DNA of 64,000 bases from Amoebidium appalachense (GCA_963693365.1 CAVNZM010000012.1:8436001-8500000), one strand, 5' to 3'; counted from the first letter of the stretch, positions 39,742 through 52,312 are shown. Notes: a model not told the origin generated them from the letters alone. Program-made: numbers and translations.

Positions 39742-39819
39742 ACCCCCCCCCCCCCCCTGCCCTCCTCCCCCCTTCCCCCTTCCCCCGGGGGGTGTTAGAA
39801 ATATGCAGTGAAGACATAC

Positions 39820-40341
39820 CGATGATGACTTTGCCAGACCCAAATGAATGCCGTTATCCTTCTGCTGGGCACTTTGGTCGCTACCAAACGGTATCTTCTG
39901 TGTAGCCCCAGATACAGACGGGGCAGGTTGGGGTGAGGGAGAGGCGGGTTTGGGTGTAGGCACTCCATTCTGCTGAACTCCAACAGGAGTTGAGTGGGCG
40001 CAGGGGAGATAGCGTGTGTTGTTTCAACTGGTTCCGTGGAGAAATTGGAAACCTTAACATGTGATGTCACCCGCCTGACAGTGTCTAACCTGCGTCTGAG
40101 CTCTGCGTGCAGTCGAATATCGTCCATACTGGCCCGTTTGGGTGCATCCTCATACAGTGACCCTGCTTCCTTTCGTTTGTTGAGTTTTTCAAGCACGGTG
40201 CCTTTGAGGAGAAGGGTGCGGAGGGAATCGGCATCGTGTGTAAGTGCTTCATCAGCATCTTTCAGTGCTTGGCGAATCAGATCGAGGGAAACAAGTGCCT
40301 CCCCACGGTCACATAGAAGGTGCACGAGTGTCTGACGCTGC
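39820..40341 (-). pseudogene. TPR-containing exon resembling the N-terminus of SRFR1/TTC13-type proteins; apparent frameshift, downstream exons not found
   Basis: LLCDRGEALVSLDLIRQALKDADEALTHDADSLRTLLLKGTVLEKLNKRKEAGSLYE is a TPR pair. Protein-like sequence (STPVGVQQNGVPTPKPASP...) continues in another frame after about 40000 to the donor at 39820. Family assignment is from memory, not a search. Confidence 0.55.
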
Positions 40342-40384
40342 CTGTAAGACGGGAGGAGGGGGGGGAGGGAGGGGAGGAAGGGGG

Positions 40385-40512
40385 TTAAAATGTGTTCACA
40401 TAACGGGCAACACAATGCAGAACGGAAACCACACAGAGAGAGCATGCATAATAATCAGAGCCCATCCTCAGGAGGAGTCCAAGCCACCCACAGTATCCGA
40501 CTTTCGACTCAC
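40385..40512 (-). mobile_element. Retroelement 3' fragment (diverged A type)
   Basis: caacacaatgcagaa...gcatgcataataatcagagcccatcctcagg...cacagtatccgactttcgactc. Confidence 0.7.
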
Positions 40513-41475
40513 GAGGAATGCATGCACCCTGCTTCGCCTGTATGCGGGTGTCAAATTATGATGTGGGGTATCCTGAAAACATCGAGTTTCTGAATCTTGG
40601 TGGGGATATCCTAACAACGTTAACTTCATGAATGAAAAGTGAAGATATCCTCGAAAATGTAAATTTTACAACATTGATCTCGAAAGTTTTCTTTTGCCAA
40701 CTCGGTTTTATTGATCCGTTGATGAAGGCAACGTGCAGCCACAGGCTACATACCCACCAATAGAACTGAAAAAGCCAAAGCTACGAAACAAAAATAAAGC
40801 GACAAGTGACAAAGGACACCAGCGGGCAAAACTTAAGTGTACGTGTATGCGTGAAACTAGTTTGCTCCAACTAGTCATTTGCATCGATGTTGACCAGACC
40901 ACACTCCGCAAGAAGACATCATTACTGCTGCTTCCCAACAGGCCCCCCTAAAAACCTACCGAGGCACAGCAAGCAAGTCAGCCTCTAAAAGAGCAATGCA
41001 GACCAAATCTGAGCTAAAAAACAATCCCAACGGGCCCGGCCCCTAGATAACCCGGAGAAACTGCATCTAGCTCTCTGATAACTGAAGGTGGCCTAGTTGT
41101 TGCAGGACACACAGAAAAACACAATTACAGAATGCATGCAAACCCGGTCATTGCCATACGACTGGAGGCTAAGGACTGGCAGTCACTTGGAAAGCTCCCC
41201 GACGACCAAGTAGTCGCCCCTCCACTCACGCAGCGCAGAAGTAGCTGAAGAAGTTGCAGCAGCCCACCGCCAATAGATCGCGTAGAAGCGGAGACAGCGT
41301 GTAGAAGCTACCATAGGTTGCAGTGGACCACCAGGCGTTGAAGAAACCACTTCTCAAGCGAGAAACTCCGCGAAAGGGAGATGCCCCCACACTCTCACAG
41401 CAGTAGGAATACACCAGGCCACACCACACACACGCTGCAGTCACGTTCCCCTGAGTGGGACTCCCTCCCACCACA

Positions 41476-41669
41476 AAAAGAAGAAACGAAAGCCTTTATA
41501 TACCTGCCATGGTGAAGAATCGGGAAAAAAAGTTGACGTGACAGCTAAGAGATCGAAGTGAAAGTGAAGTCCCAAAAGAAGAAACGAAAGCCTTTATATA
41601 CCTGCCGTGGTGAAGAATCGGGAAAAAAAGTTGACGTGACAGCTAAGAGATCGAAGTGAAAGTGAAGTC
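41476..41669. repeat. Tandem duplication of 96 bp (41476-41571, 41574-41669) with one mismatch
   Basis: Direct comparison; the only difference is a41509 versus g41607. Confidence 0.95.
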
Positions 41670-42000
41670 TCGAAAGTTCAGCACCAATGCTTTGTTTTGA
41701 AATATCAAGGTGTGGCCCCCATCCTAAAAGTTTGAAGTGAGTGTACTGTGGAGATGCATGCCCATTAAAAAAGTGCTAACATGGCTATATAGTAGTGTGG
41801 GGATCAATCCCTAAAGATATTCAACGGTTTGGGTTGATGTGACCGGTGCTTGTGCAACTGCCCTTCCCAATTCAAACGTGTAGAAAAATTCTAAATAAAA
41901 AAGTTGAGGATTGTCTTGGGGATGCTGTAAATCTCCCCTTATTATGGCCACATGCACCGATTCCCATTCCGCTGCAAAATTCCGAGCAAGTTTTTATTAA

Positions 42001-42031
<31 letters not shown>

Positions 42032-42368
42032 TTCCCCCCTTGCCCCCTCCCTAATCACACCCTGCTTCTCCCCTCCACCCTCCCCACCCCCCCCCCCCCC
42101 TCCCCCTCTCGCTCGGAGGCTCACTCTCTCTCGCCCTCTTTCTCCTCCTCCTCCCCCCCCTCCCCCCCCCTCTCTCTCTTTCTCACTCTCTCTCTTTCTC
42201 CCCCCCCCCCCCCCCCCCCCCCCTCCCCCCTCCCCCCCCCCCCCCCCACTCCCCCTCCCCCCCCCCCCCTCCCCCTCCTCGCTCGGAGGCTCACTCTCTC
42301 TCGCCCTCTTTCTCCTCCTCCTCCCCCCCCCCCCCCCTCTCTCTCTTTCTCACTCTCTCTCTTTCTCC

Positions 42369-42438
<70 letters not shown>

Positions 42439-42656
42439 CCTCCCCCCCCCCCCCCCCCCGCCCGCCCCCTCTCCCTGCGATCCGCTCTCAGACTCTCGTC
42501 TTTCTTTCCCTCTCTCTCTCTCCCGGTCACTCTACCCCCTGTCCCCCACCCCTCCCCCCTTCTTCCGAATCCTCCCCCCCCCCCCCCCCCCCCCCCCACA
42601 CCTCCTTCTCTTCCTTCCCTCGAAGGGGGGGGGAGGGGGGGAGGGGAGGGGGGCAC

Positions 42657-43020
42657 CTTTGAAGTATTTGGTTGCGCGTTTGCTCTGCCTTGCCCAGGCC
42701 TAAAACTTCCACTTTCGACATTAGCCTGTGTAATCTCATTGGGCGTGGTCCTTCCTGCCGTTAACGTGATTTGCTTGCTCGTGCTGCCCTCCTGCCTAAC
42801 ACCACCTTGCCCGATCGGGCGCTCAATGGCTGCCATATTTGGTGAAACGGGCATCGTCGGCTCAAGCCCCCGGCCCCTTGCCCCCCCCCCGGCCGTGTCC
42901 TTCCGGGAGTCCCTCCCACGGTTTTGGGTACCCCTCGCACCTCGACGGGCACCCCGAAGGGTAAGAGAGGCGGTGACGATGTTGAGCATGACCCCAAGAG
43001 ACACGCGCCCAGCAAGTAGT
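42657..43020 (-). pseudogene. GPCR paralogue, 3' part of the large exon (ICL3 start); TM1-4 missing
   Basis: PNMAAIERPIGQGGVRQEGSTSKQITLTAGRTTPNEITQANVESG aligns with PNTAAVECPIGQVDLREEGASTSERITLNAGRTSTNENTEAVGESG; equivalent donor AAG|gt. Confidence 0.7.
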
Positions 43021-43089
43021 GTGTTGTGTGTGGGGGGGTGTTTAGGAGGTCGTTCTGTTGATTTCAAGGTCTCAGATGATCCCCCTTGT

Positions 43090-43520
43090 GTTACACAACA
43101 CAAAAGCATACATACACAACACAAAAGCACAAAACACTTAGCACAAAACACAAAAGCACACAACACCGTGACAAAAGCACACAACACAAAAGCACAACAC
43201 TTAGCACAAAACACAAAAGCACACAACACAAAAGCACTCAAAACACCACCCCACACACACACACAAAAGCACAACACTTAGCACAAAACACAAAAGCACA
43301 CAACACAAAAGCACACAAAACACCACCCCCCACACACAACACCCAGCACGGCACAAAAGCAAAACACTTAGACACACACACAAAAGCACAAAACACACAC
43401 ACACAAAACACCACCCCACACACACAACACTTAGCACAAAAACACCAAAGCACAAAACACACAGCACAAAACACACACACACAAAACACCGTGGCACCCC
43501 ACACACACAACACTTAGCAA
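43090..43520. repeat. Degenerate CA-rich satellite (CACAAAAGCA / CAACACTTAGCACAAAA units)
   Basis: Five recurrences of acacttagcac with cacaaaagca subunits. Confidence 0.8.
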
Positions 43521-43801
43521 CAACTTTGAAGCTAGTGGGGGGGGGGGGGAGGGGGGAGGGGGGGGGGGGGGGGGGGGCGCACTTGGGTGGGGTAGGGGGA
43601 GGGGGGGGAGAAGAAGTAAGAGGGTGTCTTTTTGTTTTTTTGGGGGGGGGGGGGGGGGGAGGGGGGAGAACTTTGAAGCTAGTGGGGGAGGGGAGGGGAG
43701 TAAGAGTCGACGACGGGTGTGATGCACTTTGAAGTTTGGGTGGGGATGGGAATAAGAGTAAGTCGGTGGTGCACTTGGGAGTGTTTTTTTTTTTTTTTTT
43801 T

Positions 43802-43844
<43 letters not shown>

Positions 43845-44209
43845 AGGTGGATGCTTACACGCTGATAGTGTTTGTTATGTTGGTGTATAGTAGATTGTAT
43901 AGGCATTATGTGGTGTTTTCCAAATTATTTGATGACGGTCACGGTGTGGCTTCAAAATGTTCAATGGTGGTGTGGGTGGTGTGGCTCTCTGGCTCTACGA
44001 CGTTGGTGGGCCAGTGATAATATTCCATTTGGTGGGCTAGTTGCTATGTACTATGCAATTCAAGTAATCGAAAAGTGTTTACAAGTCTAATAGCAATGGT
44101 GGTGTGGCTTTTTATTCGATGTCGTGTATCGACAAGTCATGTGCTGTTTTATAAATATATACACGTCACACTCACATGGCATAGCAGTGCCGCCGGCTCG
44201 TACTTCCGA

Positions 44210-44248
<39 letters not shown>

Positions 44249-44467
44249 ACCCAAGTGCATCCCCTTCCCACTAGCACACGCACCCCCTGCGACAGGAATG
44301 CCCGGAACAGAAACAACACACACACACACACATAAAAAGACACACAAGAAGCACACACACACACAAAAAAAACCAAATAGTATTACATTTTGTTTACTTT
44401 CTCCTTTGTGTTTGGTTCCAGTGTATATACCAGTGTATATTTGCAATAACACTGCACATAGTGTTTT

Positions 44468-44606
<139 letters not shown>

Positions 44607-45439
44607 GGGGGTCTCTTGATACCAAGAATTCGTACCGATCAAGCATCAACTTCCGGGTTGCCGAGTGATACCACCTGGTTTGTTCTAGCAGCAGCTTGCA
44701 CTTTTCACCTCCCCCGCCACAGCCCCTTGATGCAAGAATTCGCACCCTTTGTGTCACTTTGTATTGGTCAATGGGTCTAGCACCAGGAGATTGGTTCGAT
44801 TTTACCACGAGTTTCAACCCAGGCCTGCATACAAAAGCCACAACTTGAACCCTTTATCTCTCTGGTTCATTTCAATTCAAGCCACGAACAGAGCACACCA
44901 ACACTAACAGAAATGACTGACACACTTGTGCGCCCCGACCCGGGCAAACCACCAGAGTTACCAAGGTGCCTTCCGGTTTACGCGCTGGACTTTTGCATAG
45001 TGCAAGTACACAAGGGACGAGTGTCCATACCACCAGAACAGCAAGCCCTGGGTGTGTTATGACCAATTCCACGTATGTTCTCCTCTACTGTGACAACACC
45101 ATCGACATCTTCCGCACCTACAAGGCCAGGGACTATGCCGGTGTCATGTGCTGAGCTGATTCGTATTAGTCTGCTTCTATATTTTGTGTTTTGGTGAGTG
45201 AATATCGGGGGTTTTCTTGCATAGTGATTCCGGGGTCTATGTGGAGTATGGAGAGATCGTTCAGAGGTATGGGGAGAATCGGATGCAGCGGCGGCTGATT
45301 CGCATCTGCGACCGATCGATTGACCGCCCGGCCGGGGACTTTTGGCGGACGAAGCCCTGCCGCGGTTACACCCTCGTTTCCCCCCCCCCCCAGCCCCCCC
45401 CCCCCCCCCCCCCCCCCCCCGTCCGCCGCCCGCCGCCGC

Positions 45440-45720
45440 CGCAAACGAAAATTTCGAGGGGGGGGGGGGGTTTGAATGCGGAACACGGTACGAGGGGGGG
45501 GGGGGATTTTTTTTGGTGGTGGGGGGGGGGGGGGGGGGGTTGGAAACGAAAATTTCGAGGGGGGGGGGGGGGAACGAGGGGGGGGGGGGGTTGAATGCGG
45601 AACACGGTACGAGGGGGGGGGGGGGGGATTTTTTTTGGGGGGGGGGGGGGGAAGGAGGGGGGGGGGGGGGTTGAATGCGGAACACGGTACGAGGGGGGGG
45701 GGGGGGGGATTTTTTTTGGG
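45440..45720 (-). repeat. Three tandem copies of the 22-nt extreme 3' end of the retroelement within G-runs
   Basis: ttgaatgcggaacacggtacga at 45472, 45591 and 45671, each followed by G-run + attttttt; aaacgaaaatttcgag occurs twice. Confidence 0.85.
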
Positions 45721-46339
45721 GGGGGGGGGGGGGGGGGGGGAATCCGAGTCTGCAGTGTGCTTGCCATTAGAGTCATTATTAATTAAACAGCTGCAGCATG
45801 TGAAAGTGACCTGCAATCACTTCTACACATTATTATTATGGTATTTTGACTACGCGTAATGATATCATAGGTATTAAAAAGGCGAATGTCGCATGCATGG
45901 ATGTAGTGTGTGCTTGACGTGTATGTGGTTGTGTGTGTGCATGTTCGTGTGTGTGTGCCGTGTGCGTGTGCATTGAATGTGACATAGCATACTCTACATA
46001 CACCGTGACATTACAGTTAAACTGTAAGTAACATTACAATCATAAACTACCACTATGACATGCTGAACATTACTGGAAGTTAAATGTTACAACTAACACC
46101 TAACAAACCTTAAGTATTAACTTGGCATCATCATGCCAAATCCCATACTAATCGAACCTACTAGACATGCTCTACGTTTGCCACCTGACCCCAAAGCAGC
46201 TGGCAGCCACAATAACAATCAGAAAAATAAAAAACTACGTGGAGGGATTGGCTCACTCCCACCTATTATCCGTGACACTAAAACTGAGCAGGCGGATGCC
46301 AAAAGCGGTGACCAGAGCATACAACATGGCCTTGCACCT

Positions 46340-46568
46340 ACATCATTGCATTTAAGTATGACACAGATGGGGAGGGATTGCTAAAGTCAGTTGACAGACG
46401 CTACATTGTGCACTGGCTATCGTGCTCGGGTATGTGTGATAATAACTGGGGTGGAACGCTTGCGGATGGTGCTGGTGCTGGCTAGGGGGAATCACCCCAG
46501 ACTGTTGGGTGCTTTGGAATTCATCCGCCGAATCCGCAGAAGCAAAATGGGCGCGCCGAGGACAGCGG
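46340..46568 (+). mobile_element. Possible decayed LTR-retrotransposon (Copia-like) integrase fragment
   Basis: One frame reads ...GIHPPNPQKQNGRAEDS, resembling the integrase P-x-QNG-x-AE motif, with an in-frame stop upstream; single motif only. Confidence 0.3.
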
Positions 46569-46969
46569 AAATCATCAGCTACGTCTGCGAGGGTCACCCT
46601 TGAAAGGAATCCTTGGTATTCTGCTAGATTTCGCCCCCATTCGTTTACCATTAGTTTGCGTAGCCGTCCAATCGCCTCTATAGGCTCCATATTAGCTGTA
46701 AACCCCAATGTGTTGAGATGTTCACGGGTAGCTACATGACCGCTTTGTAGACACTGATTGATATAATGCCACATCGAATGAAACAAACAGTTGCCGTCAG
46801 CCGGTGTTTCCATAAGCTCCATTCTCCAGGCACCCAGAATTTGAAGAAGGCGTTGTTGCTGGACCTCAGGTGGCCCGGATATGTCCCTGTGTTGCACATC
46901 ACAAGGAAGAATAAGCAAAGACAAAAAGTGGGAGGGTGGTAGGGCGGTGGTGGTGGGGTGGGGTGGGGT

Positions 46970-47000
<31 letters not shown>

Positions 47001-47118
47001 GGGGCGGGAGGCAGAGAGAGGCGGAGGAGAGAGAGAAAGACAGATTAGGGGGAGGCGGAAAGGCCGAGGAGCAGAACAAGGGAAACCTTGGTGTGTGTGT
47101 GTGTGTGGGTGGGTGGGT

Positions 47119-47151
<33 letters not shown>

Positions 47152-47249
47152 TTAGATTATTAACAGCTATATGGGTGGATAGACGTGTGCGCGCGCGTCT
47201 GTGTGTGTGCGTGCGCTCGTGGCTGTGAGCGCAGGTGCGTGCAACAAAG

Positions 47250-47286
<37 letters not shown>

Positions 47287-47317
47287 GGGGAGCGCGGGGG
47301 GGGGGGGGGGGGGGGGT

Positions 47318-47960
47318 TTATTTGGGTCAAAAAGTACGAAGTACACAAGAACAAACGGATAACACGATGCAGAATGCAAGCCATACATAAAGAGTATGCA
47401 TAATAAGCCGAGCCCATCTTCAGGGGGGCCCCATGTCATCCACAGTACCCGAGTTTCGACCTATTCACCTCGTTAACGGAACCCAACTCAGATACTGTTT
47501 CACTTGAACATGGGTAGGTCACCCGTCTTGATCAGAGACGAGCAGGGTTGCTTATGCAGGCAAGGGCAGTGGGAAAGGCCGGGGGTTAAAGTTGCAGCAG
47601 TAAGCAGAAGCAAGAAAAATATAGATAGGAACTCAGGAAACGGGGCTTCTAGGAAGCTCCCCCGTCGCTACCTAAGTCGATACTTCCCTGGCTAACATAC
47701 TACACCAGCTGAAAAGAATTAAGTCCCGAAGGCCGCAGAATTCGCAATCAGAGGGGAAAATATGAGATTTGACCCACGCCGCAGGGTAGTAACATGCTTA
47801 CTGAAGCGGAACTTTAACGTCTTCGAACGGAAAGCTATGCCCCCGGATGTGAGCCGGAAATATGCTATCACCCATTGCTTTGGGCTTGAAAAAAGCCAAA
47901 TCGATAGTCCGAGTTATGTTACGCCGGTGGGTAACATGCCGCATGGGTTCCAAGGGAGCT
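47318..47960 (-). mobile_element. Longest copy of the G/C-tract-associated retroelement (A1 3' end, hammerhead-like motif, two hairpins, possible degraded ORF C-terminus)
   Basis: 47318-47443 matches 8287; 47410-47498 core motif; hairpins at 47520-47550 and 47640-47666 shared with 12505-12890; non-repetitive coding-like sequence to about 47960, whose membership in the element is inferred. Confidence 0.75.
47410..47498 (-). ncRNA. Putative permuted (pseudoknotted) hammerhead ribozyme, second subfamily
   Basis: Minus strand: ACAGUAUCUGA-GUU-GGGUUCCGU...AGGUC-GAAA-CUCGGGUACUGU...AUGGGGCCCCC-CUGAAGA-UG-GGCUC. 13-bp stem III differs in sequence from the 12625 copy. Confidence 0.5.
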
Positions 47961-48610
47961 GTCGCCAACAGAGCGGTGTGTGCATGCGTGCGTGCGCGTA
48001 ACGCAATGTGTGAAGTGTGTCTATAGCTATGAGAGGGGGTATGCAGAAGTGGACAGGTGAAGTGTGTGGAGAGAAAAAAAGTAAGGAAGAAAAGTAGACA
48101 CCGGTGTGTGCAACCCCGCACAACATACACACACACACACACACATAAATAAGCGAAGATTACAGGGGGGGGGGAAGGAGCATTAGACTATTAACAATTC
48201 TATAAGTGAATAAGTGTGTGTGCGCGCGCTCGTGGATGCGAGGGAGGGTGCACACGTGCATGCATGGGTGTGTTCGTGTGTGCATGTGTGTGAAAGAGGA
48301 GGGGGTGTGGGGGGGGGGAGGTGGGGGGGGGGGGGGGGGGGGGGGGGGAGGTGGGGGGGGTGGGGGGGGGGGCACTCTGAAGGGGGCCGGGCAGATGTAA
48401 GGGAGTACTGATGAAGGAGGGGCTATGAACAGGGGGGGAGATAGATGCAGATGCTTTCAAATAGGTGGAAGAGAAGCAGGGAGCTTCCAAAAAGGTAGGA
48501 TGGAAGATATAGGTATAGAGAGAAATGAGAATTAGGGGAGGTAAGAGGTAACGGAGGATTTGAAAAGGAGGGACGAATGGGCAGAGGCCCTTCTGGGGGG
48601 GGGGGGGGGC

Positions 48611-48679
48611 TTGAATGCGGAACACGGTACGAAGTACGCAAACCAAGGACACATGCAAAGGCAAACATTCAAGTATGCA
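48611..48679 (-). mobile_element. Short retroelement 3' fragment (subfamily A2)
   Basis: ttgaatgcggaacacggtacgaagtacgca...ggacacatgcaaaggcaaacattcaagtatgca between G-runs. Confidence 0.8.
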
Positions 48680-48864
48680 GGGGGGGGACAGGACAGGCAT
48701 AATAAGTGGGCCTGGGGAGGCAGGTTGTCTGACAAAAAACTGGTGTCACTTGGGTTGGAAGGAGAGATGGATTGATACGTGCAAGGAAGTAAGGAGGTGG
48801 AGCAGTTGGGAGGAAGGATTGTGGGAAGGAGGAGAGGGGGAGGGGGGTGCAGAAAAGGGCGGGT

Positions 48865-48896
<32 letters not shown>

Positions 48897-50048
48897 TGGG
48901 GGAAAGGGGAGGAGGCCCTGCGGGGAAAGGGGGGGGGAGAGGCGAGAGGGAGGAGCGGGGGGGGCATTGGAGGGGAAGGCGGAGGGGGGGGGAGGGGGGG
49001 TTTCGGCAGGAAGCACCTGGCAAGCTGTATGTCTGCTGCCACGGCCTCGTCAAAGAACACAATAGTGAAGAGCAGATGATCCGGGTCCTGCGCTGCTAAA
49101 GCAAACCCCTCGGAGCTGTGCACAGACCCAATCAGCTTGCGCATCGCACGCCGGGCGTTGAGCTTGCGGCCTGCTAGGCGCACACATGTTGACACGTTGA
49201 ATGGACCGGGGCTCTCATCACTTGACCCCTCATCGTCATCGTCAGAGCCATCACTGTCGAAAGGCCCAACCTCCATACCACACTCAGCCAAGGAACGGTT
49301 GCCATTATTGCCATAAGCTGCAGAGTGAAGACAAAGACAGGGTGAGAGAATAGCTGGTCAATGGTTGCCAGTTCTAAAAAGAACCCATTCCCAACCAGAA
49401 TCCCCCATCCAACCCCCTCCCTCCACCCCCCCCCCCCCCCCCCCCCCCCAACACACACATACACACGACCGCCCACACCCTCCCCACCCCCCCTCTTGCT
49501 CTCGGCCCCCCCTGCCTAATTCTCCCCTTCCCCCTTCTCCCTCTCCGTCCCACCCTCCCGCCCTTCCCCTACCGACTGCCCTCCTCTCTTTGCCCCTCTC
49601 TTTCTGTCTTTCCTGCCATCCCTCCCTCTACCCTTTCTCCCTCTACCCTTTCTCCCCCTCCCTCCTTCCCTCCAACCTTCCCACCCACTCATCCTTCCCT
49701 CCCTTTCTCCCTACCCTGACCTCTCCCCCTTCTCCCCCTCCCCTGTCTCTAACGTACACACACAGGCACACACATACACGCTTCCCCCCCCCCCCCTCCC
49801 CTCCCCCCTCTCTTTCAAAGTTCCCCCTTCTCCCCTCCCTCATCCTTCTCTGTAACCCCTTCTCTGTACCCACCCACCCACCCACATCACACACACACAC
49901 ACAAACGCACACACACACACAGGCACACACACCCGCACACACCCACACCCACCCACACACTCACACACACTCACACACACACTCACACACACGCACACGC
50001 ACACGAACACACACACCGTCCACACACACACACACACATACATACGGT

Positions 50049-50148
<100 letters not shown>

Positions 50149-50474
50149 CAACACACACACACACTCACGACACACACACAGGCACACACACACACACAGA
50201 CAGGCACACACCCACAGGCACACACCGTGACACACAGAAACTCTCTACCCACTATCCTGTACTACCTCTTGACTGATTGTATGCTTAAAGGGGAAGGGGG
50301 GAAGGGGGAAAAGCGGAGGAGTGGGCTTTAAGTGGGTACACTGCACAGAATGGTCACACAAAACATATGGAATACGTTGCCACAAACACCCTATCGGGTG
50401 ATAGCAACATATAAGAGGCAAGCCAAAGCAGAAAAGGCAGCATAAAGCGAGGACGCAACACAAATAGAGTCCAT

Positions 50475-50507
<33 letters not shown>

Positions 50508-51207
50508 GGCACCTGATGTACTCCCTCCGCTGTAGATGCATCTATCCGGCCGCCATGACGGGTTTGATGCCACACCCAATCCCTCAGGAAGGGCTCGGGA
50601 GGGCACGTGCCAGCCTCGACAGAGTCCTCATGATCTGCTATGCAATAATCAATGTACCGTGCAACGAATGGCTGTTGCAGCTTGGCATGATCTTTCGACC
50701 AAGATTTGTTTTCCTTAATGGCTTTTTTATTCACCCCATCCGGGTTGTTTGTTGAACCCGCTGCAGCCAAAAGACAAAAGGCGAGGATAACATGAACGAG
50801 AATCCTCAGCAAAGCCCAGTGGCCTGCCCACGTCCAATGCGGACGCGAGCATGTTTGTAACCCATGCTCACACAAAATATGTACTGTCAGTTATGATCAA
50901 GCATTAAAGGGTGTTGTCTGTTTTCATATGAGCCTACTGCAATATGATAAGTAACTAGCGCTGTGTCACACCTGTCAACTGCCAGTCCAGGCTGTGACTG
51001 CCCGTTCAAGTAGGCCACCTGCAACGGTGGTCGATGTGGTCTTGCTTCGCCCGCCTTTCGAGTTTATTCCTCGAATCAGACGCCACCAACGATGAGCCAC
51101 AAGAAAACGGGTCAGGAACGATTCGAGCTGATTCGACCCATAATAGTTCGAACCGACCCATTTATGCCCCAAATAAATTTGGCACCAAATAATTTGGCAC
51201 GAACCTG

Positions 51208-51368
51208 GTGACGTAAAATGTGGCACGAATTTATTTGGCACCAGCCCGCTAGCGGAGCACATCCAGGGGTATCCCCAAGCCCCTGTCGGTGCCTGGGCGA
51301 CATCCTTCCCCATTTTCACCGTTTTGCAGGCTCGTGCCAAATAAATTTCGTGCCAAATTTTACGTCAC
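51208..51368. mobile_element. MITE-like element with about 42-bp terminal inverted repeats
   Basis: gtgacgtaaaatgtggcacgaatttatttggcaccagcccgc ... gcaggctcgtgccaaataaatttcgtgccaaattttacgtcac; extra TTTGGCAC/CCAAATAA motifs at 51169-51203; TSD not clear. Confidence 0.75.
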
Positions 51369-51945
51369 ACCCTAGGAGCTTGGGAATTGAGGGCAGCACC
51401 CCTGTTTGGGACGTCCACCCCTGACACCTGAGCTCGATGCATGCAACAGCCTGCATGGTATGACCGTGTATGATACGTGTTAGCCTCTGCAGTTGGAAAG
51501 GTTTTCTTTTGACTGGATTTATTCAACGGAGGGATATGCAAGCATGCACGGCATCGGGAGGCAATAAAAACTTCCGAGTTATCCAGTAACAGGTGTTCCT
51601 GTGCTACTGAGCTGAACTATTTCGGCGAAGCCATGCCATTGTTTTTGCATGTACATGTATGTGTTTCACATTATCTAATCAAATCCATAAACAGGAAACC
51701 ATATATGGTTATAAAATCACTCAGTCGTAATGGCGTGGGGCTTGGCGCCTGGCCTGTGCGCTGAACTTGTGCAAGCAGTTCGAACGATCGCTAACAGTTT
51801 TGACAACTGGGTATTTTTCACTGATCTTACCGTACGTTTCCTCCGTTTCTGCAGGCTTTATTTTTCTAATAGTATAATTACATAAGTGGTGTTTTGAGTT
51901 GTGTCTGATGTTGCGTGTTTACGTAGCCCTCCACCACCCACCACT

Positions 51946-52265
51946 ATGCGGACGAGAAGTAAGAACGCTCGCGCCTTGGTGCCGGGTCCTAAAACCGCCA
52001 CCCAAGGTATGTGTAAAGGCTTGCGTTTGCAGTGCAAATAAAGCTTCCGATGAGCAGTGAAAGACATGGCTGATAACAGCCGGTGGCTTCACATGGGCGT
52101 TTCGGCTTTATCTAAACGTTGTGGTGCCGCGTTTTTTGATGCTTTGCCTCGCTGGTGTATTCGATGTCGACCCGTGTTGTCATTTTCAATTTTGTTAAGC
52201 ATCTGAACGTTTTGTTATATATAGTTTTGGCGCACACCTCAGAGCTCTCTTTCCTCTCTCTCTCT

Positions 52266-52312
<47 letters not shown>

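Noticed and set aside
47410-47503. Canonical type I, II or III hammerhead using the upstream UGAAAC or a minimal stem III
   Set aside because: No consistent stem II partner before the upstream GAAA, and no UH/stem I placement between GAAA and CUGAnGA that works in both subfamilies; only the permuted pairing fits both.
47670-47710. tRNA-derived SINE head (GCTGGTGTAGTATGTTAGC on minus)
   Set aside because: No proper B box or cloverleaf, and absent from the other long copy.
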